DNA of 64,000 bases from Azolla caroliniana. Lineage: Eukaryota; Plantae; Polypodiophyta. Below, in pieces: positions 1 to 11,898 of this stretch (position 1 is its first letter; every line of letters starts with the position of its first letter). A program made the position numbers and the translations under genes. The notes under the pieces were generated by a model that had not been told where the DNA came from, made no database searches, and saw only the letters and a list, made by a program, of their open reading frames with translations. The stretch is taken from the NCBI GenBank assembly GCA_043228905.1, contig JBHGNT010000005.1, positions 2,790,001 to 2,854,000 of the forward strand, given 5' to 3'.

Positions 1-60
1 TGAAAACATGCTGTAGACACTGTAAACAACTGAAAACATGCTGTATACACTGTAAACAAC
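1..60. repeat. 30-bp tandem duplication in the RZ-1 3' region
   Basis: tgaaaacatgctgtagacactgtaaacaac occurs twice with one mismatch. Confidence 0.9.
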
Positions 61-120
61 TGGGGAAAACCTGTCTTTCAATCATTAACATTTCATAGCT
101 CGTTCTTAAACAATGACATT

Positions 121-1588
121 CTAATAACGGTCATCATAAGCAGAAGAACGGCCGCCACCACTTGGACGATCATATGGCCCCGTGCGCTCTCGATACTTTC
201 CTTCATATCGAGCAGCGCCTCCACTACCATAACGATCACTGCCTCGACCTGAATCCCTATCACCATAGCGACCATAGTTACTTTCATACCTATCATAGCC
301 TCGATCTCCATCACGGTCACGTTCACGTTCACTGTATCGGCCCCCACCATATCCAGATCCACCACCATACCGATCTCTACCACCACCACCACCACCACCA
401 TATCGATCTCTACCACCACCACTACTATACCGATCACTCCGAGAGGAAAGTCTTCCTTCTCCACTTGGGCATTCTCGGGCCCAATGACCTGGTTGTCCAC
501 ATTTAAAACAATCATCTCGACCAGCTCCTCCGCCTCCACCACGACCACCATATCCTCCGCTCTTTGCTCCACCACCATTGTCGTAACCACTCTTGTAACT
601 GGAGTTCTTGTCACCGCCACCATTATAAACTTTTGGTTGTGCTTTTGTAACTGACACTACCCGACCGTCCAGCTCCCGGTCATGCAGCCGAGCAATGGCC
701 TCATCCATACCCCGTTTGTCAGCAAATGTCACAAAGCCAAACCCACGTGGCCGTCCAGTATCTCTATCGAGCATTATCTAGCAACAAGAACACCCAAAAA
801 AAGGTATAAGCCAGACATCACAAATTTCACCATACACAGATTTTTATAAGGTGTAGTGTCAGAAAGCACAAATTTGAGCTTATTCAAATGCAAATTTTAA
901 CATTTTCATATGGAATGTTCACTTCTACATATCATTTATGCATGAGTATACTTCATATGCAATTCTTCATATACAAATATGCATTTATCAATGTAAAGTT
1001 GGCGTGAACAGATGAGATAGTAACAGATAAGGCAACTCCATATGGAGTGCATCTAACAAAAACTGAAATCGAACTGAAAAAACGTAGATGGTACTGGATC
1101 AGACGAGTTCATTGTCAGGTTACTTATTGAAATGTAATTTACCTCACATTGTTCATTTATCCATATGCAGAAAATTTCATTTGGAAATGTTAATCTCTTC
1201 CGATGCAAATATATATATTTCCTCATAATTCTTCAATTTAAATATCTATTTCTTCGCATGAGAATGCACAGTTCTTTAATTTATAGAATATCTGTTCATC
1301 TGTATTTATGCCGTATTTCATATTCGAATTTGTCTTTTGTACAGGAAACCGTTTTGATAATAATTGTTTTAACAAGGGATAGTACACGTTTGGGTCATTA
1401 CTTCAGAATATACGAGAATGACTCGGTGAGAAGTAGCTACAGCAAAAGACTATACAGATATTTCTAAAAAAAATTACCTTTGCATCAAGAACTTTACCGA
1501 ATCGTCTAAATTCATCTTCGAGTTCTCTGTCGTTTATTTCCCACGAGAGACCTCCAACGAATACACGAAATTGTTCATAATCTGACAT
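121..1588 (-). CDS. RZ1: Glycine-rich RNA-binding protein of the RZ-1 type (RRM + CCHC zinc knuckle + G/R/D/Y-rich tail), about 255 aa
   Basis: Exons 1588-1478 ([19 protein letters not shown]2) and 777-121 ([21 protein letters not shown]1; [14 protein letters not shown] knuckle). They are joined by a phase-0 intron AAG|GTAATT...TAG|ATA. A probable 5' UTR intron spans 1842-1599. Confidence 0.93.
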
Positions 1589-1919
1589 GATTTTCTTGCT
1601 GAAATGAAGCAAAAGGTAAGAACAGGAGAACAGATAATAACTGAAAACGCGGTCTATCTCCCTTCCTCAAATAAGTGAACTTATGTACATTTCGTTCTTT
1701 CTCTATCAGAAATAACCACCAGAAATCTCTGATATCAAAGCTACTACACGTTTACTTATTTCTTTCTGTCAATCTTTTCTTTATCTCTGATCTAATGCAT
1801 GAGATGGGAGGAGAGAGATGGATGAGGAGCAGGAGAACATACCACGAGTCGGTTGAAGGGGCAGTGCAAGTCTCTGGATTTATCGTCTCCTATCTGTTGC
1901 TGGTGAGACAGTCGAAAGA

Positions 1920-1928
1920 TTAGGGTTT
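1920..1928 (-). promoter_or_regulatory. Telo-box (AAACCCTAA) near the RZ-1 transcription start
   Basis: ttagggttt on the + strand, with a TGGGCT site-II-like motif near 1989. This pairing is typical of plant RNA-processing and translation gene promoters. Confidence 0.5.
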
Positions 1929-3789
1929 CCAACGTCTTGCGAGTTCAAGAAAGAAGAGCAAAATAATCACTTAGTTTCTGCACTTGGGTGGGCTTTTCTT
2001 TATTTCCCCAACTGGCCGGGTAATTTCTTTATTTCCCCAAATGCCCTTGTCCCCGCTCCTCGAGCGACTAAACAATGTATGATGATACTGCTTAATTTCC
2101 ACACTTCTATATATATGTGTATGTATGTATGTATGTATCATGTATGTATGTAACTAAACCCCGTACACTATAGGCACTATTAAAACATTAGGGAAATTTG
2201 TGGAAACAAAGAAGAATTCATGGGCGCTTTTCCCTTCCAAATGTCATTTCCAGTGTTGTTTCATCGTCGCAAGGTTGTCGTAGTCAATACCCTTAAGAGA
2301 GTATGCAAGCATCGAAGGTTCACGAGGACATGGAGCTACACGCCTCCGCTTACCTGCCCATTTTTTGTACGAAAATAAGTCGTTGTATTCAGGCACATGA
2401 CTTGTTCACCCGAATGGTTCGTGAGATGAAATGTTGGAAAAGGTACTTGTGCCCTCCTCTCATTGAGTCACACCTTAGGGACACACTCACATATGGAGTA
2501 CCGAGGAGACACAATGTGTCTTCGATAGAGGAGACATTAATTGGTGTCATAAGTCAAGTAATTCAACTCTTGAGGACATCATTACTATTGTCTACTCTCT
2601 CTCTAACTATAACTAGGTTACAATAAAGGTTACAACTTCCATATGTTAACATTGAAATGTTTAGGGACGGATCATTATCGTTTTTGCACATGAAACATAC
2701 TAACATTGAACCACTTATACAAAATGGCAAGGCTTGATTTGACACGCTACTTCGTAATAGAGTTGTATGAGTCAAACACAAGTGTATACGTATTCTCAAT
2801 GCACAAATTTCCCAACATACAACACCGTTTAGGATTTCATTTTGTCTTTTTAGTTCTGGTGATTTGCTTGCGTCTATTATAAACTAATCACGTGTGTTAT
2901 GTGTAGTGTGTCGAGAGACACCTAAGATCTCGAATGTTCATAATAACACCACTTGTTTTTTTGGTCTTGTCAATTTGGCCTAAACTAACTCATTGTCGAT
3001 TCGAGCATGTGTCAAGAAGCTTCATCACGAATGACTTGCTTCCCATCCACTAACTCCAAAATGACAAATATAATCTAAGCTATAACATAGTAATGGTAGT
3101 CTCACAATTGTATTGTCTAGACTTGGCAAGCCTTGTATGTTTTGAATCGACATCGTGTTATTGGGTCCAATCAACACCCATGTGAGGCCTCCATGTTGTG
3201 TAGATAATTTCTCAACTCCTTCTATAATAGGACATTGACTACCTTGATCCTTGTCAAGGATGAAGCCAACTATTATCTCACATGACCATCAATTGTGTTC
3301 CATATTAATACCTGAAGCTTGTGATTTGACACACTACCATCTCGATGAAACTCATATATGCTCTCTTAATTGATTATTGGTGTTACCATTTCCTCACGAC
3401 AATGTATTGTCTTCCCTCTTTATTCTGGTTTGTATACACCTACACACTCCCTCTTCTTACGAAAATCACACAACTTCCCTAAATATTCCACAAACAAAGC
3501 TACTAAACTCAAACCAACATTACGATACATGTGTTGGAAATTCGATGATGTTCAATGGAGCTAAAATACGTTTTGTAGGGAATTAACAAGTGGCTTCTTC
3601 CACAATACATAAACCCTGCAATGGTAGGTATAGCTAGACCAATGCTCATTAACTACTTGTAGTTCTTTTTTCCTTACAAGATAGTACATTAGTATTAAGA
3701 AATGCCCTACGGCCATACAAAAAATATGTACATTTCGGTAGCAATCCCCTTTCTAAATTATAATTGTTAAAAAACACGATACATCCAAC

Positions 3790-4080
3790 CATAGTTGTTA
3801 CAAAACGCGTATTCTATGTTTCATAAAAGAATTTGACATTTCAAAAAAGTTTACAATTTTTTAAAATTAAAATTATTTAAAAACCTTAATATTTAAGAAG
3901 TATTTGACGTATTTTACACATATTCTACGTATTTAAAGTATTCTACATGTATTCTAAGTATTCAACATATGTATTTAATTGTAAAATACATATTCTAATT
4001 ATCTGAAAAAAGTAGAATACTTTAGAATACTTAACATATGTATTCTACGTCTATTGTATGCTAAGTAGTGTACAACAATG
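3790..4080. mobile_element. hAT-type MITE
   Basis: Imperfect terminal inverted repeats (TIRs) CATAGTTGTTACA ... TGTACAACAATG, flanked by a perfect 8-bp TSD CATCCAAC (3782-3789 and 4081-4088). The AT-rich interior has repeated gtattc motifs. Confidence 0.8.
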
Positions 4081-4893
4081 CATCCAACCATGCCTTATAG
4101 ATGTAATCACAACCAAGTAGGACGAGGACCATAGTCTTACAACATAAATTGCAAAAGGTCAAGACACACCCAACAACAATTGTCAACCCCCTCCCATATT
4201 ACCAAAGGGCAACCACTCTCCTTCACAAGCACACACACACACACCAACATGATACAAAATTGCGAGTAGAGTTTGGTTAAGAATCATGCCAAAGGCAGCT
4301 ACATTTCCATGTGCCCCTATTCAGGGGATATTGAGGGACAGGGAACATTTCCCACTACAATGTTACATTGCTTTCACAACCATCTCAACAATACTTCCCA
4401 AAAATCAAATACCATATACACCAATCTCACACAAGTTGTCTAAGTTAGACACATGAAGAAGCCTCGCCTCTTAGGAATGAACATACTCGTGTGCTTGCTT
4501 GACTCGAACATACCTTTGAGGCTTTGATCTTAAGTGACATTGTTTATGCCTCACATGTGGTTGCACACCCTCCCGGCCCCTGGGAAAACTTAAAACACTC
4601 AATGAAGGTGTATACATATTTTTGCAAATATAGTGAAAAAGGGTCTATTATTATTATTTCCGGAGGTTTTCTTTTTTTACAGTTTGCTCAGTAATAACTC
4701 CCATGAACCACGTCGAGTTTTATCTCCTCCAACACAGTTTTCAACAGGTTTCCCGTTAATACTTTAATTTTTAGAACATATTTTCTCGGCATTCTCTTCC
4801 TTTTCTTCTTCTTCTTCTTCCATCTCTTCGATTGCTCGTTTTGCTTTGATTAATGCGTTCTTTCTATGCAGATTTATATTAATAGATTTTACC

Positions 4894-7865
4894 ATGGCCG
4901 TCGGTTTCTCTACATCAGCTGCTCGACAATCCGACTTCTCTGATAATTCATCATTCAGCTCTGTACTTCGTGTTCACGCTGATCGTCCCCAGAATATCAC
5001 GATGAACTCAGGCCCTTATGGAAGAAGAAACAGCGACACCAATAATGCTGCAAGCTATGATCGTTGGTAAGGTTAATTCTGCATTTCTAGTATGTTTTAC
5101 CTTTACTTTTTCTTTCACGTTTCAATTAATTGATTTATCTGTTGAAATAAATGTCTTAAACTTGTTTTCTGTCTGCATTAACATTCCCATAGGTTAGCTT
5201 TATTTTCGTTTTATTCTACGTAATTCTTGTCTTATATATATGGTAGCTCAGAATTATCTGTAAGACTGTATTTCTTCCTCTCACATTCCTCAAATGAACT
5301 TATTCTTAGAAACTTTGTGGCATACTTAATCCTTCTGAATACTAGCTATAGCAACTATGGCTCAAACAACTTGATATTTGAATCTTGAAGTTTTATCTTT
5401 TAAGACTTCATTCTTCCTATGGCAGTTTTCAAATCAAATTATTTTCTGAGAAATCGTGTGCCATAGTTAATTTTCCTCTTAACCTATTTGTAATACTTAA
5501 CAATTCAAGAAAGTGATTTCAGTGGTTTCTGATGATACCAATGATTTCAAGAAGTTTTGTACTTTGCTGTGTTACGTAGACATTACATACCGGATTTCAT
5601 GGATATTTTTTATTGATTCCATCATCATGGATTAAATTAATGAATATTCCTGCAATCGATCTTCACAGTTTGCTGTTAGTAGGGACTAATTAAAAAAATT
5701 GTCAAGAAGTAAAATCTCTGCGATGTGGAGATGTGATGGAGCTCAGTATATATTGTCAGATTTGAAAAAAAATTCTTCGTAGCCAATTATCTATTTCAGT
5801 ACAGTTCGATGACATTTTGTAATACTGTAATTCTTCCAGCAGAGTTTTCTGTCTATTCTACGTTCTATATTTATATGCTTAAATGATGTCACGGAAAAAC
5901 GTTACTGTGATAATAGCAAATTATCTATTTCCGTACAGATCGATGACATTTCTAATACTGTAATTCTTCGAGCAGAGTTTCTGTCTATTCTACGTTCTAT
6001 ATTCATATGCTTAAATGATGTCGAGGAAAAACGTTACTGTGATAATGATTTGTTCTACTTGCCCGAGCAAAGGAAGAATTTCTTCATGATTCCATCGGCG
6101 TTCTTAATATCTGTTGTTTAAAAGGTTAAATCTGCATCATAAAAACCTAATCTCTATGGACGAACTGTGTTAATCCTTTGCAGCATTTCTGAAAGATGGC
6201 TATTCCGTTAACTGATATTGTTCTATATAAAACGCAGGGAGATAACTAGTTTAGCGCTGATGATGGTTCTCCTTATCACTCTGTCTTTCCTTTTCCTGCC
6301 CCTTGCTCCTTGGGGTCTTACGGATGTATATGAAATTCATCCACAGAAACTGAGCTCTATTCCTTTTCCATCTCCATCCGTATGCAAATTTATACAGTCG
6401 CAGGTTAATCCTGGCAGCCATAATTCAAGCAAGGTTGATAAAGTTCAAGGTATAAACCGAATTACGGTATCTTCGAGTAATTAGTTTCACATGATATCTT
6501 ACCTGAATTTTAGGACGACGGAGAAAAGAGAGTCCTTAGCTTAACGCAAAATTTTACCTGCAAGAAAATGTAAATTTTATTAGGATTATGAAGACAAAAA
6601 AGAGTTGTTATCTGCAAGAGAACACAGTTTTCAATAAAATTATGAACAGATGAAAAAAATCTGATACAAGGCTTAAACAGTTTTGCCTTCATTAAACGTC
6701 TAATGGGAGCTTCTTATGGCGCCTTTTTGTAGAGAAAAAAAGGCCTGAATATTATGTGGCAGAAGCTTTTAACAATGAATACTTACAGAATGACGCAGTT
6801 CACGTCGAACGATTAATTCATCAGGAAATTACTCAAGCAGAAAACATTTCTCATCATGAAAGGACTTATACAGAAGGAATTCGCGAAGAAAGTACTCAAG
6901 CGCTTGAAAATGTTTCTCGTCGTGAAAAGACTCCATCAAACGAGCCTAGTTCAGTTTCATATTTCTTCAAGGTAAAGTCGGCGAAACAAGGAGGAGGAGC
7001 AAATATAACAAAGGAAGATTCCATCGCAATAAGGTCCCTCTTTGAAGCAGATGATGAAAGAATTTATTTGCTGGAGGAAAGGGAACAAAACCATGACAAT
7101 CTACTAGATCCGATAGTTTACATGCAGAATAAGAGGAAACAAACCACGAAAATGGTAAATGAACAGACAATTATGAAGAAGAAAAGAGAACAAATCAAGA
7201 ACATAATAGCAACACTGAGGAAAGCTGGGATGTTCGCTATGGTAGCAACAAGAATTGAAGCCATGGATTTATTGTCACTTCCACAGATGACAACTATTTT
7301 CGTTCCAACTGATTCTGCCTTTGACATCTTCATGAATGCTTCAAATGCATACATTTCTGACCGTCTATTGCACTATCACATTGTGGTTCCTCGTTACACT
7401 TTCGAAGATTTATGTGGATTGAAGAAAGGAGACAAACTGACAGCTTATCTGATGGGATGCAAGATCACTGTTACAGAGAATGAGCTCTTCAACTACACCT
7501 TAGACGATGTGAGGATTATTTCGCCTGATCTATACGTGGATGATTCAGTCGTTGTACATGGCATCAATGGCATTTTGAACTACACAAAGTTCTGTAATAT
7601 TAACGATACAAGTTCAGCGCCATCTCCTGAAATGAGTGGTTCATCCACATCATCAAACAATACTAAACCAGTGAGTAACTTGCCAACAAATCCTCTCTTG
7701 CAGAATAGTAATGGATCAACTAGTCTTCCTAGTGTTGCAGCTTCACCGATGAGTTTCAATGGTGTTTATTCCAAAGGTGTCACACATACTTCACATTCAC
7801 AAGCCATCAAGTCAATGGGATTTGCAGGAATCTTACATGTTAGCTACATATTCCTGAGTTGCTGA
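4894..7865 (+). CDS. FAS1 (fasciclin)-domain protein, FLA-like, about 505 aa
   Basis: In-frame exons 4894-5066, 6238-6449 and 6733-7865. FAS1 motifs TTIFVPTDSAF (H1), LLHYHIV ([YF]H) and VVVHGINGIL (H2) are followed by an S/P/T-rich region and a hydrophobic C-terminus. The first exon is less certain than the last two. Confidence 0.8.
5781..6046. repeat. Tandem duplication of about 133 bp in FAS1-gene intron 1
   Basis: Two near-identical units at about 5781-5914 and 5915-6046 (aattatctattt...gttactgtgataat). Confidence 0.9.
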
Positions 7866-8485
7866 TTTTACAGTAGCTAGTTAATGCTCCAGGGTTAGTA
7901 ATAATATACTTATAAGTCATCTTAGCATAAATCTTATAGTTATTTCTTGACTGGTCATACGGATTATATTGTCATTGGTGCTTCCCATGACAATTTATGA
8001 AGTATAAGAAGTTTCTGTAGTGAGCTTCAAGTGAGCTCTACGGAGGTAAATATATGTATAATCTTTTGGTTTTACTGTTTTTACCTAACCAAACAAAGAA
8101 CAAATTTAATATACAGATTCGTTGATATCATTTGCATTAACATAAAGAGACCATTCTAATGTCGGGATATAAAGATTTTGTAACTATAATGTGCATGATA
8201 TTAATAGAACATCAGTTCATTACAGAGAACATCCTAACCTAGAGTCAGAAATGATAATTAGATTTGTTTCACATATGAGAAGAATCTTGTAAATATCATT
8301 TTTACTATGGCAAAATAGCATGGTATATTTATTATCCTTTTGCATTCTTTAGCAAACGTTTAGAGCAACATACGTAGACATAGATCAATAATGTTTCGCA
8401 AATTCATAACACCCACAATTACCATTTACATGTTAGTGGAGTATTCTAGTTTACGTAACACTGTTCTTAGTAGAGTAGAAAATCT

Positions 8486-8487
<2 letters not shown>

Positions 8488-8518
<31 letters not shown>
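8488..8518. repeat. (GA)n microsatellite
   Basis: Directly visible. Confidence 0.9.
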
Positions 8519-8520
<2 letters not shown>

Positions 8521-10563
8521 CGTAAGTACCAAGGTCCAATATGACTGATGGAACCAAAAGTGAAACCCTTCCACATAGTATGTGTGGAATTGAGCGGTGA
8601 CACTCATGCTCAAGAACTTTACTAATAAACGTTGCTTTCGAGAGTGCAGATTGTGATCGTCAGAGGATGTATGTAGGAAGTGGATCAGATTGGCAATCCT
8701 TGGAGAGCAAACCGGAATGGATTGAATGTAGTGCATTGTATCAACGTGTGATACTTTGACTCTTGCACTTCTTTGGCCCGAAATATGCACAACTAATGAG
8801 TTTCCTCAATTGTGCTTTAATGTCTTGTCTCGCATCTGAGTGTGCAAGAGAGAATTCTAATGTACAGACAAAATAACATTTCCTATTTCAACGCAGTCAA
8901 AGATTTAATATTAACGTGAATGGCTCTTAATGCAAAGAAACTAGGAAGGAGTTTGAACGAAGAGATATAGGAAGCAAATTATACAATGTACATAATATTT
9001 ATGAAGTTAACTCTAGACAATTTGAATAGAAAAACATATGGTGGGACCCCTATGAGATTTGGATATTTTCAATATATTGTGGAGAGATTACAAACTATAC
9101 AACAATCAAAACTTTAGAGTGATCTTTGGAGCCTTACAATTAGGAACTTTATAACACACGTTATATATATACTAACATTCTTCCATAAAATGAACTTGAA
9201 AATATAAAGTTCCATTGATCTTTGGAACATTAAAATCTTTATTGAGGTTTGAGGACATATTGCTTGAGAAATGGTGCTTAGGTTCTAAGAACTCTAGTTT
9301 TGGCCATGGCAACAATGCCCAATAAGTCAATAATCGTAAACTTAATGGGGAAGATAAGGCAATGGGTCCTTTTAGGACATTGGGCTTGACCAAAATAAAT
9401 TTCTTGAGCCCGTGATGTCACACATATTTGAATATAGGCAATCTTTCTTCAATGTATAGTAGAGCTGAATGACAATGGTTGTTTAGACAAATTGTTTACA
9501 CATTTGACGAAAAACGTAGTAACACTTGGACCATTAAGACATGTGATAGGCAATGCCATAAAAGTACGCTCTCATTAAGTGATAATGTAGATTTCTATGT
9601 TCTCAAGTGGATTTGCTTCATGTTTATGGTTTCAAAGTCAATACTTAGCATCGTGTTTGGAAAGCAAAAGAAGAATGAATGCAATAGGTGCTACATGAGT
9701 GTGCATTGTAAAAAGATTATACATATGCATGATTGGGGCATTTCACTTTGATCAACAAAGAGTTCAGAACCCATCCATTTATTACGTAAGGTTAGGGTAA
9801 ATACATTCAAGATCTTGTGGCCATTTGTTTTCCATGTGTCTACTTGACTTGTTTGCTTTTTACAAGGAAACCATGAACATTATGATCTCTCTTATCGATA
9901 TGGAAGGTGGTTGTCATGTAAATTTGAGAGACTTCTCTCTTAATTACTTAGGGGTTACCATAAAGGTACGGATTGATCAAGAACGAGAGTAAGAATAGTT
10001 AATGTGTCATTTGGATGCTATAGCCAAGCATATTAACAAGGGTACACATTAACATTTTGAATAGCCATGAGATGTAGCTAAAATCTATCAAGGAAGGGGT
10101 ATGCATAACTAGTCCCAGGCATAGAAATGTAGAGTGCATAGCTCTGCGATTGTATGTTTACTGCGGAAGGACTCCATGGGCCTTAAGACGAGCACCGCCG
10201 GGGGAGATAGATAGATAGATAGATAGAGAGGGGTTTGGTGGTAATATTTTGAAGGCGGAATAGTTTTTTCCGGGTACACTGCACTAAACTTAGGGTTAGG
10301 GTAAGGAAAAAAGGTGGATGTAAGAGAAACCCATAGCCTCTCGTCGCCGAAGGACAAAAACAGAAAAGCGGGGGCCCGGGGTGTGGGGATATACATACAT
10401 AATTTAGTAAGACGTACCGGAGAGGAGAGACAGACAGACAGACAGACCATTTAGAGTGACCAAGAGCGCGAAAGACAGACATTCAGGGGGTGTGAGGGAG
10501 CAGAGAGTAGAGCAGAGCAGAGCAGAAGAGACAGAGAGAGACAGAGACAGAGACAGAGACAGG

Positions 10564-11859
10564 ATGGATGGAGGGGCGAGCAACCAGCGGTTCCCCAGTG
10601 TGCGGATCAGGGAGATGAAGGACGATTTCCTCAAGTTCGAGCTTCGGGACACGGACACCAGTATGGCAAATGCCCTCCGCCGAGTGGTGCTGTCCGAAGT
10701 ACCCACCATCGCCATTGACCTTGTGGAGATCGAGATGAATTCCTCTGTCCTCAACGATGAGTTCATAGCTCACCGCCTCGGCCTCATCCCCCTCACTTCC
10801 TCCCGTGCTGTCCACATGAAACTCTCCCGCGATTGTGATGCTTGCGATGGTGATGGCAAGTAATGCTTCATTCCTATCTCTCTCTCTCTCTCACTCCTGT
10901 CTTTCAGTTTCTGTTCAATTCCTATTGTTTTTTCTTTGCTTTTTCGTTGTTGTTGTCGTGGTCGTTTTCAATGTTTGGTTTTTCTAAGAGATGGTGATGG
11001 TGATGATGACTTATTATCATCTGGGTGGGAAGGAGTTGGGTTTTATCATCACACGACATTGTGATATACGTATATGAAAGAAATTTTTTCTCGGAGTGAT
11101 GGTGGTGGTGATGTACTATCATCTGAAAGACAGGGGGAGATACATTTGATTGTAGTTAGTAGGTGGAATATAATCTATGAAACCAAAAGAAACATAATGC
11201 TGGAAAGAGAGAGATAATGAGATTATATGTTAACAAGAACAGGGTGCCAATATGATCTGAGGAACCTACAATTATTACAAAGCACACTCTCCAGCTGTGT
11301 AGGTGGGGGATTTTCTAATGGTAGAAAAAACAATAAACTAAGCTTGTTTCCTAATTTCACTACCTGGCCATTCATGATTTTAGTCCTTTGATTGAGTATA
11401 GGAGCAAAGAGTAGTCCTAATGTTGCAGGCGTTGCTCCCATTGTTGATGAAAGTTCTGGAAAATGAGGACAACCTTGTAGGAATGATTGAAAATCATGCA
11501 TGATTTCTTCATATTCCAGGTAGTCCAAAGTGGAACTCTCTCCTGTTTTGGTAGGTTGGAGCAATATAGATCACATATTTTCGTTTTCTCCCATTCCTCC
11601 AATGTGAGACTTTGGTTACCAACGCATTTAAATGTCTGGTGTTTGCCATCTATCCGTAAAGTTGATTGAGATTTCACTTAGAAGAGCCAATTGAGCCATA
11701 GTTGAGGTGGCTGTGTCAATGTTTTGGATACTGTGAGATTGTTAGTTCATTACACTGATGTATCATGTAGTTTAAGAGAAGAGATATATGGTGGTGTGAA
11801 AAGGATGTGTGAAAGTGAATATTTGAACTCATGATGTTAAGTTGATGACCTAAATATCT

Positions 11860-11898
<39 letters not shown>

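Noticed and set aside
93-623. Alternative-frame ORFs (176 aa Val-rich, 114 aa His-rich) over RZ-1
   Set aside because: They are shadows of the GGT-rich low-complexity coding sequence.
5781-6046. Intronic tandem snoRNA pair (also considered for 12091-12400 and 41200-41570)
   Set aside because: No correctly placed C box (RTGATGA) and D box (CTGA) pair or H/ACA layout was found on the sense strand.
10280-10315. Resemblance to the U12 snRNA 5' end (TAAACTTA...GTAAGGAAAA) or to a telomerase RNA template (ACCCTAACCCTAA on the minus strand)
   Set aside because: The spacing differs from U12, its first stem cannot form, and there is no proper USE/TATA arrangement. On the minus strand, T-runs that would terminate Pol III lie just before the putative template.
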